Below are positions 37,667 to 45,373 of a DNA stretch of 46,559 bases, one piece after another (position 1 is the stretch's first letter; each line of letters begins with the position of its first letter). Under the pieces are notes generated by a model, which saw only the letters and a list, made by a program, of their open reading frames with translations, was not told the DNA's origin and ran no database searches. The position numbers and the translations under genes were made by a program. Source of the DNA: a virus (Duplodnaviria; Caudoviricetes); the IMG/VR virus record IMGVR_UViG_3300020042_005148, positions 1 to 46,559 of that record. One strand, 5' to 3'.

Positions 37667-38149
37667 ATGCCTATCAAGACGACAATCAACGAAGCCGAGC
37701 GTGTTATCACGTACACCAGCGCGACGGATTACCTCGCGGTTCACCTCGACCGCATCCATCCGAACAACCTCGCCTACGCGGCATTGCACGGCATCAAGCA
37801 GCGCGTCGGTGACGCGGGTGCATTGGGCTTCGACAAGGAGCTGGGACGGTACGCGACGGAGGAGGAAAAATTCGTCGCCATGCGTCGGATCGCGGACCAT
37901 CTGATGTCCGGCGCTGCCGATTGGGACATCCGGGCGGCAGGCGAACCCAAGGGCGGGATGCTGTTCGGCGCCCTGACGCGAGCCTATCCCGGCAAGACCC
38001 CGGACGAGCTGCGCGCGTTCATCAAGGCGCGGTCCAAGTCCGAACAGGCGGCCCTGCTCAATGCCCCTGCAATCAAGGTCCACGTGGACGCGATCCGGGC
38101 GGAAGCTGGAAAAGGCGTGGATACGGACGCCATCCTCGCAGGTCTGTAA
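37667..38149 (+). CDS. Early protein, paralogue of 42219..42779
   Basis: GGAG RBS, ATG 37667; HG..Q..GD motif; ends VDTDAILAGL. Confidence 0.75.
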   Translation: MPIKTTINEAERVITYTSATDYLAVHLDRIHPNNLAYAALHGIKQRVGDAGALGFDKELGRYATEEEKFVAMRRIADHLMSGAADWDIRAAGEPKGGMLFGALTRAYPGKTPDELRAFIKARSKSEQAALLNAPAIKVHVDAIRAEAGKGVDTDAILAGL

Positions 38150-38154
38150 TACGG

Positions 38155-38188
38155 GCGGGGGGCGGTTGCGAGCCGCCTTCCCGTTTTT
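38155..38188 (+). terminator. Rho-independent terminator
   Basis: GC-rich stem GGGGGGCGGT / GCCGCCTTCC followed by T5. Confidence 0.7.
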
Positions 38189-38189
38189 C

Positions 38190-38359
38190 CACCACACCCA
38201 CCACCAAACGCAAACGGCCCATATATTCGTTCTCAGTTTGCCCCAAAATTCTCTCTTAGTTCTTTTTTTATTTTTTTTTTCTAAGAAGAATTATTGGGAC
38301 TTTTGGGACACTGACGAAGGGACGATATGCCCCGATTGCGTTAGGGTGTGGGTGTGGTG
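38190..38359. repeat. Imperfect inverted repeat around a T tract; candidate replication origin
   Basis: CACCACACCCAC / GTGGGTGTGGTG outer arms, AATTCT(C)TCTTAG / CTAAGAAGAATT inner arms, central 21-nt T-rich tract. Confidence 0.65.
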
Positions 38360-38857
38360 CAATCCTTGATTGACAATGCCGCCGAGCTGTGGTATGCTGG
38401 TGGCAAGCTGGGCGAATGCCCAAGGAGACTCAACGTGATCAGGCGTAACGTGGTCGATCTCTTGACAACGTGGGAAGCGCTCTCCGCGCTTGCCCGGCAC
38501 TTTGGAACGACGGAACCCAAGCTCATCTTTGGCAGGACACAGCGCGGCTGGTATAGGCCGCCGAACCGACACACGGGCGCGCCGCCGAGCATCTCCCTCC
38601 ACGATGCCAACAGGGGCGGGTGGAAGTTGGAGAATACCCTGCTGCACGAATTCGCGCACCACCTCCACTGGACTCGCACGGGAGTCGCCAATCACAACGC
38701 GGACTTCCACAGGGCATTGACGGATGTTGCGGGAGCGTGGTATGGGAATCCCGCCGACTACTGCTGGGGGCTGGAATATGCACGGCTCCGGGCAGCTGGA
38801 CCGGCGGACCATCCAGGGCTGGTGATTGATACAGACGCGCTGCTGTCGCAGCTTTAA
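38348..38857 (+). CDS. SprT-like zincin metalloprotein
   Basis: TLLHEFAHHL..HNADF; start uncertain. Confidence 0.7.
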   Translation: MGVVQSLIDNAAELWYAGGKLGECPRRLNVIRRNVVDLLTTWEALSALARHFGTTEPKLIFGRTQRGWYRPPNRHTGAPPSISLHDANRGGWKLENTLLHEFAHHLHWTRTGVANHNADFHRALTDVAGAWYGNPADYCWGLEYARLRAAGPADHPGLVIDTDALLSQL

Positions 38858-38869
38858 AGGAGACATCGA

Positions 38870-39307
38870 ATGGGAAAGTTTCAGACAGGTAATGCGAGAG
38901 CTTCACGGCTGTCGAATGACCAAGTTAATGCAGTCCGGGAACGGTATGCCGCCGGGAATGTCACTCAGCGGCAACTGGCAAGAGAATTCCAGGTGCATGA
39001 GAACACCATCAGCAGGATCATTGCTGGTGTGACGCGCATCAATGTGCCAGCGCCATTGCGTATGCCAACAGAAGAAGAGGCACAAAGGTCAATGGCTCGG
39101 GTCTTGGCGGCGCTCAATCAAACAGCCGAGCAGCTCCCCGTTGCGAGAGAGGTCGCCGCCGAGCGCTCGCTGCTGGAACTCAAGGCGGAATCGTATGGAG
39201 CCAAACATACGGAACAAGCTGTTAAGCTCCCCTCACCAGCCGACGATGCCGCCAAGGCCTACATGGAAATGGTCGCACGGCTGCAGGGTGGGGATGCGCA
39301 AACTTGA
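38870..39307 (+). CDS. HTH DNA-binding protein
   Basis: TQRQLAREFQVHENTISRII; AAGGAG RBS. Confidence 0.75.
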   Translation: MGKFQTGNARASRLSNDQVNAVRERYAAGNVTQRQLAREFQVHENTISRIIAGVTRINVPAPLRMPTEEEAQRSMARVLAALNQTAEQLPVAREVAAERSLLELKAESYGAKHTEQAVKLPSPADDAAKAYMEMVARLQGGDAQT

Positions 39308-39336
39308 TTGACATGGGCGGCGTCCCGTGTTACGAT
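39308..39336 (+). promoter_or_regulatory. Sigma70 early promoter
   Basis: TTGACA-17 nt-TACGAT with extended TG. Confidence 0.8.
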
Positions 39337-39383
39337 GTCTACACGGTGGGGAATCCTCCCCGCCAGTCACCAAGGAGACTCTC

Positions 39384-39602
39384 GTGGATGACCTACCACT
39401 CTGGAAACAGGCAGCAATCGAGGACAAAGCGAGGCTGAGCCGCCGCCGCAAACCGCAGCGTCAGCTTGAAATCCTACCCAACGGATACCGGCTGGTGAAA
39501 ATCACAGCCAATCGGTGGGAAGCATACAACCCAACTACCCAAGTGGTGATCCTGGGTTGTTCGAAGCGAAACGTGATGACACAACTGGAGAACCTCTCGT
39601 GA
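39384..39602 (+). CDS. Hypothetical early protein
   Basis: AAGGAG RBS before GTG 39384; GTGA overlap with next gene. Confidence 0.55.
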   Translation: MDDLPLWKQAAIEDKARLSRRRKPQRQLEILPNGYRLVKITANRWEAYNPTTQVVILGCSKRNVMTQLENLS

Positions 39603-39781
39603 AGAACGTAGAAATGAAAGTGGAAGGCACAATCCTCACCATCAAGGTGGATCTGTCCAAGACCTTCGGCCCGAGCAAGTCAGGCAAGACCACGGTGATC
39701 GCTTCGACGGAGGGGAATCTCCCCGTTGATGCCGCCGTCCCAGGTCACGTCTACCTCGGCCTGAACGTCTACAAGAAGTAA
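39599..39781 (+). CDS. Small beta-rich conserved-looking protein
   Basis: LTIKVDLSK.FGPSKSGKT.VIAST.GN; phage-like codon usage. Confidence 0.65.
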   Translation: MKNVEMKVEGTILTIKVDLSKTFGPSKSGKTTVIASTEGNLPVDAAVPGHVYLGLNVYKK

Positions 39782-40010
39782 GGAGTAACCGTCATGGTAC
39801 GCTGGAAATGGTTCCTGATGGTAGGGTGCATGCTGGTCGTAATGTCCAGCTGCACCGCCATGCAAGATCGGACGCTCAACGCAGCGGGTGGCTATCCCCC
39901 GGCGTGCGGGGACTTGCCAGGGCTGGTCGGCGACGACTGTTAGGGGGTAGCCTCAGGGGCTGGTTGTGAGCCAGCCTCTCGGGATGCAACCTGCATCGAA
40001 GGAGACTCAA

Positions 40011-40214
40011 GTGTGTAAGAACACCGTTGAACAGATTGTGCCAACGCGCTATTCTACGAAGACAATCACAATGCGCTGCGGCAGCACCAGCATCTATGGC
40101 ACGCCGCTGTATTGCGAAACCTGCCAAAAGGCTGGAATGAAAGCCTACCCTGTCACCTATTACGAGGATGCAGGGGAAGACGACTTCGATCCGAATTGGA
40201 GGTTCGAGCCATGA
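40011..40214 (+). CDS. Small Cys-rich (Zn-binding) protein
   Basis: AAGGAG RBS before GTG 40011; C, CG, CETC. Confidence 0.55.
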   Translation: MCKNTVEQIVPTRYSTKTITMRCGSTSIYGTPLYCETCQKAGMKAYPVTYYEDAGEDDFDPNWRFEP

Positions 40215-40756
40215 ATATGTTTGACGAAGCAGAAGACATCGAACTCGAACAATCCGAGTTCAAGGGCCAGCTTGAGGATGTGGAATCCATCAAGGCGTTC
40301 TGTCTCGGCGGCAACGCCAGAGTCACGATCAAGTCCAAGACCTCGGGTAAGCGGTACACCTACCGCATCAATAAGAAGCGGGGGGCGGAAGAAACCGATC
40401 CCTTCTTCGTGGGGGTCCTGCGAGGGTCGAGTAATGAAACAGACTTCGCCTTCATCGGCAGCCTGTTTGTCATGAGCGCCCCCGACCAAGATGGGGTGAT
40501 TGTTCCGATGGAAGTCCCTCACTTCGTCTGGTCGCGCAAGTCCGTCTGCAAGTCCAACGCACCCTCCGTCGTGGCGTTCAACTGGTTCTGGCGGCAGATC
40601 GAAGCGGGGGTCATGCCGCCGAGCCTGGAAGTCTGGCACGAAGGACGATGCGGCTGCTGTGGTCGCACCCTGACGGTCCCCACTTCCATCAAGAACGGGA
40701 TTGGCCCAGAGTGCATGATGAAACTCCGTGCCCTTGAACTATTGGGAGAACTATGA
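40211..40756 (+). CDS. DUF6011-like Zn-finger protein
   Basis: T..S..SG.RYTYRI N-terminal domain; GRCGCCGRTLT.P.SI..GIGPEC. Confidence 0.75.
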   Translation: MNMFDEAEDIELEQSEFKGQLEDVESIKAFCLGGNARVTIKSKTSGKRYTYRINKKRGAEETDPFFVGVLRGSSNETDFAFIGSLFVMSAPDQDGVIVPMEVPHFVWSRKSVCKSNAPSVVAFNWFWRQIEAGVMPPSLEVWHEGRCGCCGRTLTVPTSIKNGIGPECMMKLRALELLGEL

Positions 40757-41073
40757 TGGCGAAAGACCTGGAAGCGAAAGCCGCCGAGTGGATCACCAAG
40801 TGGCCCCACTATTGCCGCACCTGCGAGGCCGCCGGCGCACTCTATTGGACGGAGCACCACGACTTCGGCTACCCCGGAGAACCCATGCAAGATATCTGTG
40901 ATGAGTGCATCGGCCAGGACAAATGCCCCCGGTGTGGGCAGCGAACATTCATCCTGAACGACGATGATGAATGCCCAGAGATTTGCTCTGCCTGCGGTTG
41001 GGATGTCAACAAGCCAGACACTCTCCCACCAGTTGAAGAAAACCTGGATTGGATAAAGGAGGATGCGCCATGA
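40753..41073 (+). CDS. Multi-CxxC zinc-finger protein
   Basis: CRTC, CDEC, CPRC, CSAC. Confidence 0.65.
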   Translation: MMAKDLEAKAAEWITKWPHYCRTCEAAGALYWTEHHDFGYPGEPMQDICDECIGQDKCPRCGQRTFILNDDDECPEICSACGWDVNKPDTLPPVEENLDWIKEDAP

Positions 41074-41396
41074 TGGATAGAACGGGACCAGGAGACTTTA
41101 GTCAGATACTGGAAAGAGAGCTTGCTCGCGTTAAGGCGCGGCTGGCCGAGGTCGAGTTCGATAACGCGCTATTAAAGTCAGCATGGGATAGTGCAGCAGA
41201 AGCGCACCTATTGACTGCGAAGAGGCTGGCCGAGACCGTCGCTGAAACTGACCGCCTCAACGCGCAGGCGTTGGAGTTGTGCGCGGAGATCAGTGGGCTG
41301 CGGCGCAGGCTGCTAGAGGCGGAGCGTTGCTCCGCTAACGACGATGGACACCAGTGTATTAAGCCAGCAGGACACGGAGGTTCCCATGTTGTATGA
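41070..41396 (+). CDS. Coiled-coil hypothetical protein
   Basis: AAGGAGG RBS; RLAE-type repeats. Confidence 0.6.
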   Translation: MMDRTGPGDFSQILERELARVKARLAEVEFDNALLKSAWDSAAEAHLLTAKRLAETVAETDRLNAQALELCAEISGLRRRLLEAERCSANDDGHQCIKPAGHGGSHVV

Positions 41397-41493
41397 AGCC
41401 ATGACCCCCGCGCAGTGGTTCACGGTGTTCGCGTACCTCGCCGCTGGCTGGGTGGTATGGATTGTTCTGAGTGATTACGGGAGAGAGAAATGA
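41386..41493 (+). CDS. 35-aa membrane peptide (not in ORF track)
   Basis: GGAGG RBS; MLYEAMTPAQWFTVFAYLAAGWVVWIVLSDYGREK; ATGA overlap with next gene. Confidence 0.6.
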   Translation: MLYEAMTPAQWFTVFAYLAAGWVVWIVLSDYGREK

Positions 41494-41672
41494 GCGACCT
41501 TAAAGCGATCCGCGAGCGGGATGCGGAATGCCTTGCCGCTGAATTCGCGCTTGCGACGATGGGAGACCTAGACCGGCATACGCTGATCGAAGCCTACGAC
41601 GCCCTTGCCGCCGAGAACGCGGCGCTGAGAGAGGCGTTGACGCTGGCCGGTGATTACGGGAGGGAGAAATGA
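41490..41672 (+). CDS. Small hypothetical protein
   Basis: ATGA-coupled; LAAENAA; ends DYGREK. Confidence 0.6.
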   Translation: MSDLKAIRERDAECLAAEFALATMGDLDRHTLIEAYDALAAENAALREALTLAGDYGREK

Positions 41673-41908
41673 GCGACCTGATTGAACGGCTGCGCGGCGA
41701 AGGATACTTGCTGCGAAATATTCATGAAGCGCAGAGCCTGGATTACGAAGCCGCCGACGAACTCTCGCGCCTTGCCGCCGAGAACGCGGCGATGAAAGGG
41801 CTGCTGCAAGGTTACATTGACGATTACATGAGCGAGGACGGGATGTTCCCTGAGAAGCATTACGCCAAGCTGTTCCGCGCCGCACTCACAAAGGAGACTG
41901 AGAAATGA
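41669..41908 (+). CDS. Small hypothetical protein
   Basis: MSDLIERLR..EAADEL.RL; ATGA-coupled. Confidence 0.6.
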   Translation: MSDLIERLRGEGYLLRNIHEAQSLDYEAADELSRLAAENAAMKGLLQGYIDDYMSEDGMFPEKHYAKLFRAALTKETEK

Positions 41909-42126
41909 CCGACCCAATCGAACAACTCCGCCAGATCCTATCTGAGATAGTCGCTGAGAACGAATGGCTCTCCGTCACGGAGAAGAAGCTCTACAAGCTA
42001 ATCCTGGAATACGGCCAGCACAAGCGGCATTGCCTCTACGAAACCGACAGCTATCCCTGCAATTGTGGCTTCGGTGACATCCAGGCCCAAATCAAAAACC
42101 TATCGGAGGATAAAAACCTTACTTGA
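41905..42126 (+). CDS. Small hypothetical protein with H..C..C.CG motif
   Basis: ATGA-coupled, AAGGAG RBS. Confidence 0.55.
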   Translation: MTDPIEQLRQILSEIVAENEWLSVTEKKLYKLILEYGQHKRHCLYETDSYPCNCGFGDIQAQIKNLSEDKNLT

Positions 42127-42151
42127 CAAAATCCCCCCATTGTGGGATGAT
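42123..42151 (+). promoter_or_regulatory. Sigma70 promoter
   Basis: TTGACA-17 nt-GATGAT with extended TG. Confidence 0.6.
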
Positions 42152-42218
42152 GCGATTGTGGAATTCGGGAAACTGCCACATTAAATCAAGGGTTCCCATT
42201 CAATCGGAGTAATACTCA

Positions 42219-42779
42219 ATGTCTGCTGCAGAAAACGAAGTCAAGAGCAAGGTCGAGAAGATTGTCGAGACAGTCACGCTGACGGATGGCCGCAAGGTCG
42301 AGTTCGCCGGCAAGCGCAAGATGCAGAAGGAAACCCTGGTCGAGGGTGACAAGGTCGGTATCCGTATCGACTTCCGCAATGGCGAAACCCGTACCTACTG
42401 GTCGCCCATCGAGTTGGTTCTGCGCTTTGCAGGCCACGGCATGGAACAGAAGTACGGCGACGAGTGCGCGGGAGTGGAAGATGTGGACGATATGGTCCTG
42501 GCCACCGACGACCTCGACTCGCGTATCCAGAAGCTCGAGTGGTCGGTCAAGCGTGAGGGCGGTGGCTTTGGCGGCACGTCCGTCCTGCTCCGTGCCCTGG
42601 TCGAGTTCAGCGGGCGTACCGCCGAACAGGTCAAGGAGTTCCTCGCTGGCAAGACCCAGGCAGAGAAGATGGCGCTCCGCAACTCTGCGAAGCTCAAGCC
42701 CATCGTTGACCGCCTGGAGGCTGAGAAGGCCGCCAAGGGTGCGAAGGTCGATACCGACTCTCTGCTGGCTACCCTCTAA
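42219..42779 (+). CDS. Probably highly expressed early/middle protein, paralogue of 37667..38149
   Basis: Strong codon bias, own promoter and terminator; HGMEQKYGD; ends VDTDSLLATL. Confidence 0.8.
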   Translation: MSAAENEVKSKVEKIVETVTLTDGRKVEFAGKRKMQKETLVEGDKVGIRIDFRNGETRTYWSPIELVLRFAGHGMEQKYGDECAGVEDVDDMVLATDDLDSRIQKLEWSVKREGGGFGGTSVLLRALVEFSGRTAEQVKEFLAGKTQAEKMALRNSAKLKPIVDRLEAEKAAKGAKVDTDSLLATL

Positions 42780-42879
42780 TGAGGGCCTGGTCCTAGGGCA
42801 GTAAGTCTTCCCTCCCAAGAAGGGGTGCAAACCTAGGGCAAGTCCTTCGGAAGAAGTGAGTCTCCGACGAAGGGCGGGA

Positions 42880-42915
42880 AAGCGGTCAGGCATAAAACCC
42901 TGGCCGTTTTCTTTT
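42880..42915 (+). terminator. Rho-independent terminator
   Basis: GCGGTCAGG / CCTGGCCGT stem followed by TTTCTTTT. Confidence 0.7.
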
Positions 42916-42924
42916 AAATCTTGG

Positions 42925-42953
42925 TTGACATTTGGCCGGATATCGGATACGAT
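42925..42953 (+). promoter_or_regulatory. Sigma70 promoter
   Basis: TTGACA-17 nt-TACGAT. Confidence 0.8.
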
Positions 42954-42990
42954 ATATGGACGGTGGGAACCACCCCCAAGGAGACTCTCA

Positions 42991-43164
42991 GTGAATAACG
43001 CCCAGATGCTTTACATCCCCGTCCAGGCCCGGCTTGTCACGGAGGAAGAAGTCACTCGATTCCAGGCCCATTGGTGGAATACCCTCGTCGGGCTGGCTGA
43101 GCAAGGCTATCGCAAGGCCCAGGATTGGGTAACGGGAGAGGAGCCGGTTGACTATGCCCCGTGA
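42991..43164 (+). CDS. Small hypothetical protein
   Basis: AAGGAG RBS before GTG 42991. Confidence 0.5.
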   Translation: MNNAQMLYIPVQARLVTEEEVTRFQAHWWNTLVGLAEQGYRKAQDWVTGEEPVDYAP

Positions 43165-43375
43165 TCCTCTTGACGACCTCCTCGACCAGGCAATGGGTCG
43201 AACTGTCAAGCGAGACAAAATCCATGCACCCAAGAAACTACCTGTCCCCAAGCAAGAGAAGATCTACTTCGACGCAGACAGGTTCCGGTTTTACTTCAAC
43301 GGACGCGGCGGCTTATCCCTTAAGCAATGGCGCGATGTCCTAGACGAGGAGATGCGTAATGCCGAGGAACCCTGA
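43154..43375 (+). CDS. Small hypothetical protein
   Basis: GAGGAG RBS; overlaps neighbours. Confidence 0.5.
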   Translation: MPRDPLDDLLDQAMGRTVKRDKIHAPKKLPVPKQEKIYFDADRFRFYFNGRGGLSLKQWRDVLDEEMRNAEEP

Positions 43376-43547
43376 TATCATCCGTCCTGTGTCGTTGCAT
43401 ACGACCATCCCAGAAGACGTATGGACCCAGATGACTCTCCACCTTTACTCGGAGGTCGAGGGCCGCGTACCCAAGGGTGCCTATCGAGAGTTCCTTACGA
43501 ACCTCATCCGAGATTACTTCAACCAGAAGGATACACCAAGTGCTTGA
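43359..43547 (+). CDS. Ribbon-helix-helix-like small protein
   Basis: Beta strand VSLHTTIP then two helices; GAGGAG RBS. Confidence 0.5.
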   Translation: MPRNPDIIRPVSLHTTIPEDVWTQMTLHLYSEVEGRVPKGAYREFLTNLIRDYFNQKDTPSA

Positions 43548-43749
43548 CGCTGAACTAACCAACAAGTTTTCCATCTGGCGACAGAAAGCCACGGCGGGAA
43601 CGCTTACCACAGAGGAGATGAAGGAAGCAATCATCGCCCTGCGGGGGTCTCGTCGCTCCGCCGCCGACGCTTCCAAGGCATCCAAGTCCCGTGCCAAGGG
43701 ACCCACCCGTAGCGCCGACGACCTGCTCGGGGAGTTGGAGGGACTCTAA
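43540..43749 (+). CDS. Small basic protein with acidic DDLL tail
   Basis: AAGGA RBS before GTG; ends SADDLLGELEGL. Confidence 0.55.
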   Translation: MLDAELTNKFSIWRQKATAGTLTTEEMKEAIIALRGSRRSAADASKASKSRAKGPTRSADDLLGELEGL

Positions 43750-43943
43750 TGTATCAGCCCGACTTCGATAACGAGTGCTATATCTGCGGCACTACTCCTT
43801 GCGTTATCGTGACAAGTCATCTGCACAAGCCGCATACGGAACTGTGTGGAGCGCATTTCTTTAAGGACCCTGCCATGATAGACTGGCAGGAATGGAACGA
43901 AGAACCTGAGACACAAGAACCAAGTGAGGAAGATGATGAGTAA
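43749..43943 (+). CDS. Small Zn-finger protein
   Basis: CYIC..LCGAH; acidic tail. Confidence 0.55.
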   Translation: MYQPDFDNECYICGTTPCVIVTSHLHKPHTELCGAHFFKDPAMIDWQEWNEEPETQEPSEEDDE

Positions 43944-44841
43944 CTACCCATTCCCTAGCGTGTTTGACTCGTCAATGCTGGCGACGTTCAAGCAGTGCCC
44001 GCAGTTGTTCTACAAGAACAGCATCCAGAACTGGAAGTCCAAGGACCCATCGGTTCACCTTCGTGCAGGTGGTGCCTTTGCCGCCGGTATCGAGGCCGCC
44101 CGTACTCACTTCTACATAGAGGGTGCAGGCTCTGATGAATCCGTAGCCCACGGCTTGATGAAGCTCCTGGAATTCTACGGTGACTTCGAGTGCCCACCCG
44201 ATTCCGCCAAGTCAGCCGAACGTACCGCCGGAGCATTGGAGTTCTACTTTGAACGATATCCACTCTCGCACAGCGAAGCATTTCCCATCACTCTCCCCGG
44301 AGGCAAGCGCGGCATCGAGTTTAATTTTGCTCACCCGCTGCCTATTACCCACCCTGAGACAGGGGACCCACTTCTTTACTGTGGAAGAATGGATGCCATT
44401 CTTGACTTCGCAGGGGGTGTGTTTATCTGCGATGAAAAGACGGCATCTAGTCTTGGGCCGACTTGGTCTCGCCAGTGGGATCTCCGAAGCCAATTTAGTG
44501 GCTATGCGTGGGGATGTAGAGAATCTGGAATCCGTGTTGATGGCTGCATCGTCCGCGGCGTCTCCATCCTCAAGACCAAGTACGACACCCAAGAAGCCAT
44601 CTCCTACCGCCCGACCTGGCAAGTCGACCGCTGGTACGAAGAGATGCTCTCGTGGATCGAAGACATCAAGATCTGTTGGGCACGCAATCAGTGGCGTCAT
44701 AATCTTGATCACGCCTGCGGGGACTTTGGAGGTTGTGCCTTTCGGGCAGCCTGCTCCAGCCAAGACGAAACGCCGTGGCTCGAAACGTACTTCGCGCGGA
44801 AGCATTGGGACCCGCTGACCAGGACGGAGACCCTCCTGTGA
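43933..44841 (+). CDS. PD-(D/E)XK / Cas4-like exonuclease
   Basis: KQCP, GRMD, DEKT, SQFSGY, C-terminal C...GGC.F..AC cysteine cluster. Confidence 0.85.
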   Translation: MMSNYPFPSVFDSSMLATFKQCPQLFYKNSIQNWKSKDPSVHLRAGGAFAAGIEAARTHFYIEGAGSDESVAHGLMKLLEFYGDFECPPDSAKSAERTAGALEFYFERYPLSHSEAFPITLPGGKRGIEFNFAHPLPITHPETGDPLLYCGRMDAILDFAGGVFICDEKTASSLGPTWSRQWDLRSQFSGYAWGCRESGIRVDGCIVRGVSILKTKYDTQEAISYRPTWQVDRWYEEMLSWIEDIKICWARNQWRHNLDHACGDFGGCAFRAACSSQDETPWLETYFARKHWDPLTRTETLL

Positions 44842-45191
44842 TTCGCACCCAGAAAATCGCCCTTAACCAGGGTGAGTGGGCCAGTTGGTATGTCCACCGC
44901 GATCATGCCTTCTGCGACCAGACCCATGTTGCCAAGTCTCACGCGCTGTTCTGCCCCAGTTGCCAGGAAATCTGGGCGATCCTCCACTTCGTGGACGAGC
45001 GGGAGATATGGCCGGTCGCGCAATTCTGTGAGCATTGCCGCCCGTCCAGGGATGATTACACATGGTACCCCGTCGCTGGTTCGATCCTTGTCGAAGAAGG
45101 CTATGGAGTGGTTGATGATTCCCTGCTGGCTGGTCTGCCGCCCGAGTTAATCAAGAGAGAGTTCGACTTACACATCAAGGCATACACATGA
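44838..45191 (+). CDS. Zn-finger hypothetical protein
   Basis: GTGA overlap; FCPSCQEIWA, CEHC. Confidence 0.6.
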   Translation: MIRTQKIALNQGEWASWYVHRDHAFCDQTHVAKSHALFCPSCQEIWAILHFVDEREIWPVAQFCEHCRPSRDDYTWYPVAGSILVEEGYGVVDDSLLAGLPPELIKREFDLHIKAYT

Positions 45192-45373
45192 AACTAAGAT
45201 ACTTCATCAGCAACGCCAAGGGGCAGTACACCGTGAAAGATCGGTTGCTGCACGATACAGTCATCGCCACCTGCGTCTACCGCGAGCAGGCGATACTCGT
45301 CATGCAGGCACTCAATCGTGACGAAGATAACAGAACCGCCTGCGTAAATTTCGAGGGAATCCCCCATGTCTGA
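45188..45373 (+). CDS. Small hypothetical protein
   Basis: ATGA-coupled. Confidence 0.5.
   Translation: MKLRYFISNAKGQYTVKDRLLHDTVIATCVYREQAILVMQALNRDEDNRTACVNFEGIPHV

Noticed and set aside
43933-44841. CRISPR-Cas system, suggested by the Cas4-like nuclease
   Set aside because: No repeat-spacer array or other cas genes; context is a phage recombination module
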